A stretch of 64,000 bases of DNA. Origin: Prosthecobacter sp. (GTDB lineage Bacteria > Verrucomicrobiota > Verrucomicrobiia > Verrucomicrobiales > Verrucomicrobiaceae). Positions 37,085 through 47,006 of the stretch are shown piece by piece. The notes below the pieces were generated by a model, which was given only the letters and a program-made list of their open reading frames with translations, searched no databases and was not told where the DNA came from. The stretch is taken from contig NZ_JBGANA010000033.1 in assembly GCF_044222565.1 (NCBI RefSeq), forward strand, positions 5,923-69,922, given 5' to 3'. Made by a program: the position numbers and the translations under genes. Position 1 is the first letter of the stretch. Every line of letters begins with the position of its first letter.

Positions 37085-37379
37085 GGGTGTGTTCAGAACT
37101 CCAGGCCGCCGTGTGGCAGGCACCTGGAAAAGGGTTTGGGAAAAGCGCGCTGAAAAAAACATCATGATCAGCGCGGACTCACTTCCAGCATGCACGCGCT
37201 CGCCTTCTCCCGTTCATGCGGGGTGTGTGGGCGCGTCAAAAATAAAATCATGCTGAGAAAAAAATCAAAAAGAGCGCTTTCTGTGAAAGCCGCTGGCAGA
37301 GCCTATGGACTCAAACGCTCGCCATAGGTAACGACTTTCACGACTTTCAGCAAGCCGATTTATTTTCTTGCAACATTTC

Positions 37380-37658
37380 CTAATGATCTTTGCCACAGAC
37401 CCGGCACATGAACCGGTTCGCCCGGTTTGGAATCTCGTAACTCTGCCCGCGGCAGAAAGGGCAGGTCACGGCCACGCAGTTTCGCACAAACCAGCGTGTC
37501 GCCATTCCCACCACCAGCCCTCCCACCAGCATGGTCACCAGCGGCGGGATGTGGTGCTTTTCCAAAAAGTTCCACGCCAGCACAATAAGTCCGCAAAACA
37601 GTCCCGCTGTGAGCATGGGACCGAAAAAGCTGAGGACGAAGTGTCGGTTCGAAGTCAT
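37380..37658 (-). CDS. Small membrane protein with C-terminal zinc ribbon
   Basis: Two hydrophobic helices followed by CPFC...CRVC; directly downstream of aroE. Confidence 0.7.
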   Translation of the reverse strand: MTSNRHFVLSFFGPMLTAGLFCGLIVLAWNFLEKHHIPPLVTMLVGGLVVGMATRWFVRNCVAVTCPFCRGQSYEIPNRANRFMCRVCGKDH

Positions 37659-37675
37659 CGGGGAAGAAGGTAGTC

Positions 37676-38590
37676 TCACCCCTTCACTGCGTTCTGCAAG
37701 CCCTCACGCATCACCTCCAGCGGAGCAGGCGGGCCAAACCAGTGCTCGAAGGAAATCGCCCCCTGGTGCAGCAGCAGCGTCAGCCCGTCCACCGTCTTCG
37801 CCCCTGCCGCCTTGGCGTCTGCCACAAGAGTGGTCTCCCCACCGGCGCGATAGACCATGTCGAAGACCAGATGCTTTGCAGCCAGCGCGTCGGCCGGAAG
37901 CAGTCTGGCGTCGTCCGCTTTCATGCCCAGGGAGGTGGCATTCACAATCAAATCAGCCTCCGCCAGCGTCTCTCGCAGGGCGCCGTCATCCCAGGTCCTG
38001 ACCCTCACATCAGGGCAGACCCCGAGGGCGCGAATCTCCGCCGCCACGGCATCCGCCTTCGCCGGTGACCGGTTCACCAGCGTCAGCTGTGGGCAGCCGC
38101 TCAGGGCGCTTTGCACCGCCACCGCCCGTCCGGCGCCGCCTCCCGCGCCGAGGATTAGTGCCCGCAAATCTTGAATCTCTGCTCCGAAAGCTTCCCGCAC
38201 GCTGCGTAGAAATCCCGGCCCGTCGCTGTTGTAGCCATGCAGCCGCCCCTCACGGATCGCCAGCGTGTTCACGGCTCCAAGCTGTCGTGCCAGCGGATCC
38301 AGCACATCCACCGCATCCAGCGCTTCAAATTTGTGCGGAATGGTGATGTTCACGCCTAGAAAGCCGCAGGCGGCAAACTGCCGGAATGCCTCTGCCACCC
38401 GTCCTACCGGCACCTGCACGCGGATGTACTGGGCGTCCTTTCCGCAAGCCTTGAGCGCCGGATTGTGCATCTGCGGACTGCGCGAATGCCCGATGGGATC
38501 GCCGATCACCGCCAGCCGCGCAGGCGGTGTGAAGCGCTCCGCCACCGCGTCCCAGTTCATCAATTCTTCAAATGATAAAAAATCTCCCAC
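37676..38590 (-). CDS. aroE: Shikimate dehydrogenase
   Basis: VIGDPIGHSRSPQMHN, GVNITIPHK, GAVNT, GYNSDGPGF, GAGGGAGRA, VNATSLGM, DGLTLLLHQGA; start uncertain (GTG 38590 or ATG 38560). Confidence 0.93.
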   Translation of the reverse strand: MGDFLSFEELMNWDAVAERFTPPARLAVIGDPIGHSRSPQMHNPALKACGKDAQYIRVQVPVGRVAEAFRQFAACGFLGVNITIPHKFEALDAVDVLDPLARQLGAVNTLAIREGRLHGYNSDGPGFLRSVREAFGAEIQDLRALILGAGGGAGRAVAVQSALSGCPQLTLVNRSPAKADAVAAEIRALGVCPDVRVRTWDDGALRETLAEADLIVNATSLGMKADDARLLPADALAAKHLVFDMVYRAGGETTLVADAKAAGAKTVDGLTLLLHQGAISFEHWFGPPAPLEVMREGLQNAVKG

Positions 38591-38709
38591 ACCGCAGACA
38601 TGGCTCGGAACCACCGCCTGTCAAAGCAGCCCGCAATTTTCCCGCTCGACATCCCGTTCCATCCGCGCTGCAATCAGCACTCCCGTTTCCCCCAACCAAC
38701 CACCACCCC

Positions 38710-39573
38710 ATGCGACTCCTCTTTCCCCTGCTCACTCTCACCGTAGGCACTGCCCTCTTTCTCGCCCAGGCCGCGGAATCCACTGTGAAGCCCCTGCGCG
38801 TCCTCATCGTCGCCGGCGGCTGCTGCCATGAGTATGACAAGCAGCACATCATCCTCAAAGAAGGCATCGAGGCCCGCCTCAACGCCATTGTCGATGTCGC
38901 CTACAATCCCGACAAGTCCACCAAGGCCACCTTTGAGATCTACCAGGCCAAGGACTGGGCCAAGGACTTCGATGTCATCGTCCACGACGAATGCAGCGCT
39001 GACGTGACGGACCCCGCCTATGTAAAGGCCATCCTCGATGCGCACAAGGCCGGCAAGCCCGCCATCAACCTTCACTGCGCCATGCACAGCTACCGCTGGG
39101 GCAATTTCCGCGAACCCGTGAAGGCTGGCGCGGACAATGCAGGCTGGTATGAAATGCTCGGCCTCCAGTCCACCGGCCACGGCCCGCAGCAGCCCATCGA
39201 CATCTCCTTCACCGACACCACCCACCCCATCACCAAGGGCCTCGAAAACTGGACCACCATCAACGAAGAGCTCTACAACAACATCCAGATCCTTACCGGC
39301 AAGGCGCTTGCCAGCGGCCACCAGGTTGTGCCACCCAAAGCCAAGAAAGGCGAAACCCTGCCGCCGGACGCCAAAGCCACCGAAGCCACCAGCGTTGTGG
39401 CCTGGACCAATGAATACGGCCCGAACAAGACCAAGATCTTCTCTACCACCATCGGCCACAACACCGCCACCGTCGCCGATACCCGCTACCTCGACCTTGT
39501 AACCCGTGCCATCCTCTGGACCACCAACCACATTGACGAAAACGGCAAAGCCCTCCCCGGCTACGGCAAATAA
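38710..39573 (+). CDS. Exported ThuA-like (class I glutamine amidotransferase-like fold) protein
   Basis: Signal peptide; LRVLIVAGGCCHEYD, LHCAMHSYR, HPITKGL, EELYN, KIFSTTIGHN. Confidence 0.8.
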   Translation: MRLLFPLLTLTVGTALFLAQAAESTVKPLRVLIVAGGCCHEYDKQHIILKEGIEARLNAIVDVAYNPDKSTKATFEIYQAKDWAKDFDVIVHDECSADVTDPAYVKAILDAHKAGKPAINLHCAMHSYRWGNFREPVKAGADNAGWYEMLGLQSTGHGPQQPIDISFTDTTHPITKGLENWTTINEELYNNIQILTGKALASGHQVVPPKAKKGETLPPDAKATEATSVVAWTNEYGPNKTKIFSTTIGHNTATVADTRYLDLVTRAILWTTNHIDENGKALPGYGK

Positions 39574-39595
39574 GAGCCTGTCCTGCCCAAATTTT

Positions 39596-39638
39596 GCAAA
39601 TGCCCGGCGGTAGCACCTCCGGGCATTTTGCTTTTTTC
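39596..39638 (+). terminator. Putative Rho-independent terminator
   Basis: GCAAATGCCCGG...CCGGGCATTTTGC hairpin followed by TTTTTT. Confidence 0.65.
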
Positions 39639-39690
39639 TGCCGTACAACTCTCAGTTTTCCGCTCCGATCAGCGTTCTAGCCATCTCCAC

Positions 39691-41961
39691 ATGCGTCACA
39701 TCCCATTCATCCTTCTCACGGCAATCTCGATTTTCCCTGCCTACGGAGACCCCGGCCACTCCGCCAACGGGGAGGCCTTCAATGAAGGCCCCCGCCAGGC
39801 CGCCGTCCTCATGCCAGGATGTGGGGACGTCCATTTCCCCATCAGTTCCAAGAATCCCGACGCGCAGAAGTTCTTCACCCAGGGCGTCGGCCAGCTCCAT
39901 GGCTTTTGGTATTACGAAGCCGAGCGCTCCTTCCGCCAGGTGGCCGCTATCGATCCCGACTGCGCCATGGCCTACTGGGGCATGTCAATGGCCAACGTGA
40001 ACAACGAACGTCGCGCCAGGGCCTTCATCAAAAAAGCCGCCCCCCTCAAATCCAAGGCCACACCTCGCGAACAGAAGTGGATCTCCACCCTCGAAAATCT
40101 CTACCGCGACGACGACAAGCGCGACAAAAAGCAGAAGAGCCTCGACTGCATCAAGGACTTCGAAACCCTCGTTCAGGACGACCCCAAAGACATCGAAGCC
40201 AAGGCCTTCCTCGTCTGGCGTGTCTGGTTTTCCCGCGAAGAAGCCCCCATCTCCAGCCTTCAGGCCCTCGATGCCTTGATCGACCAGATTTTCGCAGCCT
40301 CCCCCAACCACCCCTCCCACCACTACCGCATTCACCTTTGGGACCAGAGCAAGCCCATCCTCGCCCTCAAATCCGGCGCCCTCTGCGGCCAGTCCGCCCC
40401 CGGCATCGCCCACATGTGGCACATGCCCGGCCACACCTTCTCCAAATTGAAGCGCCCGGACGACGCCGCCTGGCAGCAGGAGGCCAGCACCCGGGTCGAT
40501 CACGCCTACATGATCCGCACCTACATTTTGCCGGATCAGATACACAACTATGCACATAATGAGGAGTGGCTGACCCGCACTTTCAACGATCTCGGCCGCG
40601 CCAAAGACGCCGCCGCCCTTGCCCGCAGCCTCATCGCCATCCCCCGCCACCCCGGCTACAACACCCTCGAAAAGCCCTCAACCTCAGCCAGTTACGGCCG
40701 CACCCGCCTCATCGAAACCCTCCTGAAATGGGAGCACTGGAAGGAAGTCAAAGACTTCACCCGCCCCCCCGCCGGCCAGACCACCCACGACATCACCCGC
40801 CTCCGCGCCCTCGGCATCGCCTCCTACCACCTCAAAGACACCCCAGCCCTCGCCACCGCCCTCAAGGACCTCGAAGCCGTCAAGATCGACACCAAGGCTC
40901 CCGCCACCGACAACAGCAAAACCCAGCCTCTCCCCGAACCCAAGAAAGCAGAAACCAAAAAATCTACGCCCACAACCGCTGGCACCCCTCCAGCCAAGAA
41001 ACCCGCCAAGCCGGAAGTGAAGGCTAAATCAAACGCCATCGCCGAGCTCAAAGCTCTCGCAGCCCTGAGCGACGCTTCGGCCCGTCGTGAAGATACCCGC
41101 AAGCTGCTCTCCGACCTCAAAGACAACGATGTACCGAAGGAAAGGCTGGCCCGTTACTGGTTGAAGTTTGACGACAAAACGCAGGCGGCAGAACTCACCA
41201 AGAACTTCACGGCAGACCTCGTCGGCCTGGCCACCAAAACCGAAGTGCTGCTGGAATGTGGCAAAACTGAAGACGCAAAAAAGGCCTTTGAGGAAACCCG
41301 CAAGCTGGCCTTTGCCATGGATCGAGATCTGCCCATCGCCAAGCGTCTGGATGCGCTGGCCAAGTCCTGGAACATTCAGGGTGAATGGCGTGCCGCCGCA
41401 CCCAAGCGCACCGATAGCGGTGTACGCCCGGACATTGCCTCCCTGGGCCCCGTTCATTGGAGCGCACCGGAGGCGCCGACCTTTGAGGCTCTGACCCTGG
41501 AAGGCAAACCCGTCAAGAGCACTGACTTTACCGCGAAGAAGCCCACTCTTTTCATCTTCTACCTTGGCCATGACTGCGGTCACTGTGTCGAGCAGATGCA
41601 GGCCTTCTCGAAAGCTGTGGCCGACTTTGACAAGGCGGGCATCCAGCTGGTGGCCATCACCTTGGAAAAGCCGGAAGACGCAGCTGGCATCCGCCCCAAA
41701 CTGGGGCTTAAACCCGAGCAGCCGCTCCCCTTCCCCATCCTCAGCGACGCCAGCCTGGCCTCCTTCAAAAAGGTGCGTGCGCATGACGACTTCGAAAACG
41801 AAAACCTCCACGCCACCATTCTCATCGACACGAACGGCAAGCAGCGCTGGCAGGACATCAGCTTTGATCCCTTCAAGGACGCGAAGTTTGCTTTGGAGGA
41901 ATCAAAGCGCCTGCTGCAACTCGATGCCCCCAAGGCCTCTCCGGCACACGCGGGGGAGTAA
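39691..41961 (+). CDS. Exported TPR-like protein fused to a C-terminal redoxin (AhpC/TSA-like, CxxC) domain
   Basis: Signal peptide; VHFPI...AQKFFTQGVGQLHGFWYYEAERSF..IDPDCAMAYWG helical region; C-terminal APTFEALTLEG...LFIFYLGHDCGHCVEQM...FPILSD. Confidence 0.8.
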   Translation: MRHIPFILLTAISIFPAYGDPGHSANGEAFNEGPRQAAVLMPGCGDVHFPISSKNPDAQKFFTQGVGQLHGFWYYEAERSFRQVAAIDPDCAMAYWGMSMANVNNERRARAFIKKAAPLKSKATPREQKWISTLENLYRDDDKRDKKQKSLDCIKDFETLVQDDPKDIEAKAFLVWRVWFSREEAPISSLQALDALIDQIFAASPNHPSHHYRIHLWDQSKPILALKSGALCGQSAPGIAHMWHMPGHTFSKLKRPDDAAWQQEASTRVDHAYMIRTYILPDQIHNYAHNEEWLTRTFNDLGRAKDAAALARSLIAIPRHPGYNTLEKPSTSASYGRTRLIETLLKWEHWKEVKDFTRPPAGQTTHDITRLRALGIASYHLKDTPALATALKDLEAVKIDTKAPATDNSKTQPLPEPKKAETKKSTPTTAGTPPAKKPAKPEVKAKSNAIAELKALAALSDASARREDTRKLLSDLKDNDVPKERLARYWLKFDDKTQAAELTKNFTADLVGLATKTEVLLECGKTEDAKKAFEETRKLAFAMDRDLPIAKRLDALAKSWNIQGEWRAAAPKRTDSGVRPDIASLGPVHWSAPEAPTFEALTLEGKPVKSTDFTAKKPTLFIFYLGHDCGHCVEQMQAFSKAVADFDKAGIQLVAITLEKPEDAAGIRPKLGLKPEQPLPFPILSDASLASFKKVRAHDDFENENLHATILIDTNGKQRWQDISFDPFKDAKFALEESKRLLQLDAPKASPAHAGE

Positions 41962-42025
41962 GCCTTTGGTTTGATTTTCAGCACCACGGCGTTGCCGCCT
42001 GCGGCATTAGCCGTTAAGACAGCGC

Positions 42026-43291
42026 ATGGATTTCCAACGTGTTTTTCTTCGTGTTGCAGCCGCCTGCTGCACGCTGCTCCTAGCTTCGTGTGAGATGCCT
42101 GCGCCGCAGGCTTATCAGCAACCGCAACAAGGCTATCAGCAGCCGCAGGCAGGGCCGTTTATGCTGGGAATTGATGTGCTGGCATCGAGGGGATTTGATC
42201 TGATCCGGGGGAAGAGGGTGGGGCTGATCACCAATCAAACCAGCATGACGGGACGTGGGGAACGGACGCGGACGGTCATGCAGCGGGCACTGGGACCGAA
42301 TTTGGTGGCGCTGTATGCGCCGGAGCATGGGATCGACGGGACCATCGGGGCCGGGCTGCATGTGAGCACGAGGCGGGACAATGTGACGGGACTGACGGTT
42401 TACTCGCTGTATGGACCCACTCGAAAACCGACACCGGCAATGCTGGCTCCGATCGATGTCCTTGTATTTGATCTGCAGGACATCGGCTGCCGCAGCTACA
42501 CGTATATCAGCACAATGATCGTGGCGATGGAAGCTGCGGCGGAATGCGGAAAACAGTTTGTGGTGCTGGACCGGCCGAACCCCATCGGCGGGTGGCGGGT
42601 GGAAGGCCCCCCGCTGGAGGCCAAGTGGAAGTCGTTTGTGGGTCAGATTCCAGTGCCGTATGTGCATGGCATGACTGCGGGAGAGCTGGCCATGATGGCG
42701 GCCGGACGTGGCTGGATGGCTCGGGTGCCGCGGCTGGATGTAGTGAAGATGCAGGGCTGGACCCGTGGCATGACATGGCAGGACACAGGACTGCATTGGT
42801 ATCAGACGTCCCCAAACATACCGCACGCCACTTCGCCGTTTTATTACGTGGCCACGGGCATTCTGGGCGGAGCCACGTCGGTGGACATCGGCATCGGCAC
42901 CGAAAATCCGTTTGGCTATGCGGGAGGCAGCGGTGTGAACCCGCAGGCACTGTACGCGTATTGCCAGCGGTTGAACACACCGGGTGTCAGCTTTTCGCCT
43001 TATTCGAAGAACGGGTTCGGCGGCGTGCGGCTCAACATTTCCCCGCGTGCGACAGCGGACATCACGGCGCTGGATGTGCTGCTGCTTGGAGAAATCAACC
43101 GCCAGACTGGAGGCAAAGTGATCGGGCGCATGAGCGGCTCAAAGCTGAACTTGTTTAACAAGGTGTATGGCAGCGAGTCGCTCTACCATGACCTGCGCCG
43201 TGGCGTTCCGGCGATGAGCATTGTTTCCCGCTGGCAGGGATACAACCAGAGCTTCCGCTCCCAGCGGCAGCGGTTTCTTCTCTATCCCTGA
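42026..43291 (+). CDS. Exo-beta-N-acetylmuramidase NamZ-family (DUF1343) lipoprotein
   Basis: Lipobox LLLASC; LGIDVL, KRVGLITNQT, LYAPEHGIDG, YSLYG..RKPT, FDLQDIGCRSYTYISTM, VLDRPNPIGG, TSPNIP. Confidence 0.9.
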   Translation: MDFQRVFLRVAAACCTLLLASCEMPAPQAYQQPQQGYQQPQAGPFMLGIDVLASRGFDLIRGKRVGLITNQTSMTGRGERTRTVMQRALGPNLVALYAPEHGIDGTIGAGLHVSTRRDNVTGLTVYSLYGPTRKPTPAMLAPIDVLVFDLQDIGCRSYTYISTMIVAMEAAAECGKQFVVLDRPNPIGGWRVEGPPLEAKWKSFVGQIPVPYVHGMTAGELAMMAAGRGWMARVPRLDVVKMQGWTRGMTWQDTGLHWYQTSPNIPHATSPFYYVATGILGGATSVDIGIGTENPFGYAGGSGVNPQALYAYCQRLNTPGVSFSPYSKNGFGGVRLNISPRATADITALDVLLLGEINRQTGGKVIGRMSGSKLNLFNKVYGSESLYHDLRRGVPAMSIVSRWQGYNQSFRSQRQRFLLYP

Positions 43292-43962
43292 CCACGCCAG
43301 CGGTAGCCGACGCCGCGCACGGTCTCGATGATTTCCTCGCTCTCGCGCTCGATCTTCCTGCGCAGTTTGGCGATGTGCTGGTCCAGTGTGCGGCTTTCCG
43401 GCATGTAATCGAGACCCCAGCAGACATCGAGCAAGGTGTCGCGGCTGAGCACCTGGCCGGCACGCTCGTGGAAGAGCTTGAGGATGGACACTTCGCGCGG
43501 AGTCAGGTCCATGCTGTCGGCTTCGCGCTGAGCACGGAGTTCGGCGGGAAAGACGCGCAGCGGGCCGAGCTGAAAGCTGGCGGAGGCAGGAGACTGCACC
43601 GTCTGCGTGCGGCGCAGGGCCGAACCGATCCGCGCGATTAGTTCGTGCTTGCCGAAGGGCTTGCGGACAAAATCATCGGCACCGAGACGGAGACCGACAA
43701 CGACGTCGATCTCCTCGCTCTTGGCGGAGAGAAAGAGGATGGGCACCGACGAGTCTGCTGCACGCACACGGCGGCAGACTTCGTAGCCGTCGATACCGGG
43801 CATCATGATGTCGAGGCAGAGGAGGTCGGGTTTGTGCTTTTGCCAAAGGGTCAGCGCTTCTTCGCCATCGTGCGCCAGCAGCGTGCGAAAACCTTCGGGC
43901 TGCAGGCAGGCGGCGAGGCTTTCGAGGGTGACGGGATCGTCTTCGGCGAGCAGGATGGTCAT
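43282..43962 (-). CDS. OmpR/PhoB-family response regulator
   Basis: ILLAEDD, DLLCLDIMMPGIDG, GADDFVRKPF, LTPREVSIL, RTLDQHIAKLRRKI, TVRGVGYR. Confidence 0.95.
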   Translation of the reverse strand: MTILLAEDDPVTLESLAACLQPEGFRTLLAHDGEEALTLWQKHKPDLLCLDIMMPGIDGYEVCRRVRAADSSVPILFLSAKSEEIDVVVGLRLGADDFVRKPFGKHELIARIGSALRRTQTVQSPASASFQLGPLRVFPAELRAQREADSMDLTPREVSILKLFHERAGQVLSRDTLLDVCWGLDYMPESRTLDQHIAKLRRKIERESEEIIETVRGVGYRWRGQG

Positions 43963-43980
43963 GGAGCAGAGGTGAAGAAG

Positions 43981-45546
43981 TCAGGAGGTGGTCAAAAGGT
44001 CAAGATGGAGCTCAAAGCACGCACCTTTCTCACCCGGAATGAGCTTTAACGTGCCCCCCATGCGCGCAGCCAGATCTCGCGCAATAGCAAGCCCGAGGCC
44101 AGCGCCGCTGACACCGGCTTTTACGCGATCATCGGTGCGATAAAAGGGTTCAAAAACACGCTCAGTTTCGCTGGCAGAAATGCCTGGGCCTCCATCTGTC
44201 ACGGTAAGGATGAATTCGTCAGCGGTCTGCCGGGTGTGAAGGGTGGCTGGTGCATGTGGGGCGTATTTCTCCACGTTCGAGAGCAGATTTGCAATGATCT
44301 GCGCGAGGGCGTCAGCATCCATCAAGGATTCGAGCCTTTCGCCTTCGTGGGTGCGAATCAGCGGGATGTCACGACGCTGAAGCGCGGCCTCAAACTGCCG
44401 CGCGATGCCGTCCACAACGGCAGCAGGAATGCATGGGGCGTTGTTGAGCTTCATGCGCCCTTCCTCCTGCCGGGAAAACGTGAGCACGTTTTCGATGAGG
44501 CGGCTGAGACGCCCGGCTTCTTCACGCACGATGGCAAAACGGCCGGTGGTGGCGTCCGGCACGGAGTCTTCAATCACATCCAGATTGAGGATGATGTTGG
44601 TCATAGGGGTGCGCAGCTCGTGGGAGACGCGGTTCACAAACGAAACCCGCTGTGCTGCCAGGTGAGCGGCGCGGCGCTGCTGGGCGCTCATCCAGATGCC
44701 GCAGCCTGCGACGAGCACTGCCAGAGCGAGCGAGCCGGCCAGAGTGGGCAGGTGATAGGTGGTTTGCATCTCACGCTCATCCCACGAGACCACCTGCCAG
44801 CCACCAAAGCGTGAAATGACCGGCCCCAGCAAATCGGGCTGCCGCGAAGGTAGATCGCCAATCGAACGCAGGATTTTCCCCTGAGCGTCCTGCACGGCAT
44901 CCGGGCCGCCCAGTTTTTCCATGGAGCGAAAGCCTTCTTCCAGCCAAGTTTGGAAGTGGCCCGCCATCGCCGAACTGACGGCATCCCGGTCGACCAACAT
45001 GACCACTGCAGTTCCGAGCGTCTGGACATAAAACATCAGCGGTTTCCCAGGCTCATCGATCCAGCCGGAAGTCCTGCCGCCGGCATCGCGAAACAACCGT
45101 TTGGGATCCAACAGCACGCGCGGGCGGGGGATGCCGCGCGGCTCTTTTTCGAGCGTTGGCTCGGGCAGTGGTGGATTCGCCACTGGGAGGAGACTCAGCT
45201 GCGTTTCAGGACTGGCGCTTTTCCAAAACAGCCATGCGATGTGCTGAATGCCCTCGATGTTTTGCGCGCGTCGTCTCGCGGTTTCGAGGTCGCTCCAGGC
45301 GTGGGTGAGCAGTTCGCCGGTGGTTTGAAGGTGCGCCTGATAAAGATCCTCCAGCTTGCGTGACTCGGCCTGCAATGCGGAAGCCAGCGCGTGCTGCGGC
45401 TGGCGGTCGCGCTCTCGCCGCAGCTCCGTTTCGCGCCGGGAAACCAGCAAGCCGCCCGCAGCGATGCAGACGGCGAGCGCGAGCATCATGCCAAGCACCA
45501 TGCCCGCGCTCGAAACTGGTGAGCGTTCTTTGGCGTCCGTCTTCAT
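43981..45546 (-). CDS. Sensor histidine kinase (two TM helices, HisKA + HATPase)
   Basis: H-box FVNRVSHELRTPMTNI, N-box QIIANLLSNVEKY, DGGPGI, FEPFYR, GAGLGLAIA; ATG 45546 overlaps the upstream stop. Confidence 0.93.
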   Translation of the reverse strand: MKTDAKERSPVSSAGMVLGMMLALAVCIAAGGLLVSRRETELRRERDRQPQHALASALQAESRKLEDLYQAHLQTTGELLTHAWSDLETARRRAQNIEGIQHIAWLFWKSASPETQLSLLPVANPPLPEPTLEKEPRGIPRPRVLLDPKRLFRDAGGRTSGWIDEPGKPLMFYVQTLGTAVVMLVDRDAVSSAMAGHFQTWLEEGFRSMEKLGGPDAVQDAQGKILRSIGDLPSRQPDLLGPVISRFGGWQVVSWDEREMQTTYHLPTLAGSLALAVLVAGCGIWMSAQQRRAAHLAAQRVSFVNRVSHELRTPMTNIILNLDVIEDSVPDATTGRFAIVREEAGRLSRLIENVLTFSRQEEGRMKLNNAPCIPAAVVDGIARQFEAALQRRDIPLIRTHEGERLESLMDADALAQIIANLLSNVEKYAPHAPATLHTRQTADEFILTVTDGGPGISASETERVFEPFYRTDDRVKAGVSGAGLGLAIARDLAARMGGTLKLIPGEKGACFELHLDLLTTS

Positions 45547-46886
45547 TCCAGATTCACATCCAAAAAGAGCAGCCACATGCGCCCTGTGTCTTTGTGACCG
45601 AGTGCGCCGGTGTCTCCCGGCGGGTTGAGGGTGCTGATCAAATGGGTGGTGCCGACGAGCTGGGAGTAGGATGTGGTGACTTTCTGGCAGGAAAACACAG
45701 GAATGTCCGGGTAGTGCTCGTTCCAATTCTCACCCTTCAGATTGCCAGTCATGGTGACGAACTCAGGGGCGAGGGTGAGATCGGCAGTCGCGCCGTCGGC
45801 TCCGATCACGGCCTCCACTTCCAGACGAAAACCAAGGGAACGATTTTCAAAGGCCGTGGTGCCCGCAAGGCTCGCAGGCATGGCTGGTTGCCCCTGGTCT
45901 TTGGGATCCTTGGCAGGTTGCGCGGGCACGGCCTCGATCGGTGGAGAGAACTGGGTACCATAGGTGTAGAGGACACCCGATTCGTGGACGGCACGCACGG
46001 CGGGCTTCACATTGATTGTAGCAATATGCTCGAGGGCGGCGCTTTTGGATGCAAGCAGGGGTTTCAAGTCGGCCAGAAGGGCGGCGTTTGCCGTGCCGTG
46101 CTGTTTGAGAAGCTCCCAGCCTTTGGCGCGATCGAGCGAGATGACGCGGGCGGTGAGGAGCACATTGCCCTCTGTCACTGCGGCGGGCGCTTTGGGGGCC
46201 GGGAGGGGGACGACATGGGCGGTGGCAAACAGCAGTGTCGTGCTGCCTGGCTCCGGATGGCTGAGCGTGGCGAGGAGTGTTGGGGAGCCGGGGATGAAGC
46301 GGCTGGAGGAGGTGCGCTTGCGCGTGAAGAAGTTCGCCACCGGTACGCCCATAAGGGTTGTGTCTGCCTTGACCACGCGCAGCCCAAGGAGCTGATCCCG
46401 TGAGAAATCATAGGTGACATCGAGAGTGCCGTTTTCGCTGTTTAAAACGGTCTCGTATTCGAAACGATCTCCCAACTGTCGCATTTCCAAGGCCGTCGGA
46501 TATTGGAATCCTTTGAGATCAGCGGGAGTCCACTCGCTGGGATGGATCAGTTCGTCCACGCTTTCGAGGACGGTGCGCATGCCGCTTTTATTGGTGACCC
46601 AATGGCATCCGTCGAGCCTGGCGCTGCCGGCTTTCACCGCCTCCAGCACCTGCGAGTAGAGCTTGTCACGGCCGCCGGGGGCGTCGAGCAGGGCTGCGTA
46701 GTCGGCCTGGGGCAGCGTGAAGGTTTCGAGCAGGCACTGGATGTTCCGGGGCGTGTCCTCCGACACAGCAGGTGCGGCGGCGGTCTGCTTGTCTTTGACG
46801 AAGGGGTCCTTGGGCTTGTCCTGCGCGGTTAGCAGGCTGGCGCTGGCGGAGGCGGCGAGAAGAAGCAGGCAGAGGTGTGGTTTCAT
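45543..46886 (-). CDS. Exported protein with two tandem secretin-like (GspD/PilQ C-terminal beta) segments
   Basis: Signal peptide; internal duplication YPTALEMRQLGDRFEYETVLNSENGTLDVTY vs GTTAFENRSLGFRLEVEAVIGADGATADLTLAPE, each followed by P.F...(K/T)...S and a TLL/HLIST motif. Confidence 0.6.
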   Translation of the reverse strand: MKPHLCLLLLAASASASLLTAQDKPKDPFVKDKQTAAAPAVSEDTPRNIQCLLETFTLPQADYAALLDAPGGRDKLYSQVLEAVKAGSARLDGCHWVTNKSGMRTVLESVDELIHPSEWTPADLKGFQYPTALEMRQLGDRFEYETVLNSENGTLDVTYDFSRDQLLGLRVVKADTTLMGVPVANFFTRKRTSSSRFIPGSPTLLATLSHPEPGSTTLLFATAHVVPLPAPKAPAAVTEGNVLLTARVISLDRAKGWELLKQHGTANAALLADLKPLLASKSAALEHIATINVKPAVRAVHESGVLYTYGTQFSPPIEAVPAQPAKDPKDQGQPAMPASLAGTTAFENRSLGFRLEVEAVIGADGATADLTLAPEFVTMTGNLKGENWNEHYPDIPVFSCQKVTTSYSQLVGTTHLISTLNPPGDTGALGHKDTGRMWLLFLDVNLE

Positions 46887-47006
46887 GGTGCCGGGAGAGT
46901 GGCGCATCGGCAGGAGCTTGCGTCAACGCTGCATGATGGGAGTGTAAAAGTTCTGTCAAAAGACCGAAATCCGTGCTTATGACTGCCTGCCCGTTACCAA
47001 ACAACC

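Noticed and set aside
43981-45726. 581-aa length for the histidine kinase; also long upstream starts for queA (57408), ddpX (53637) and ThuA (38572)
   Set aside because: The extensions overlap neighbouring genes or repeats and are low-quality; downstream ATGs give canonical N-termini
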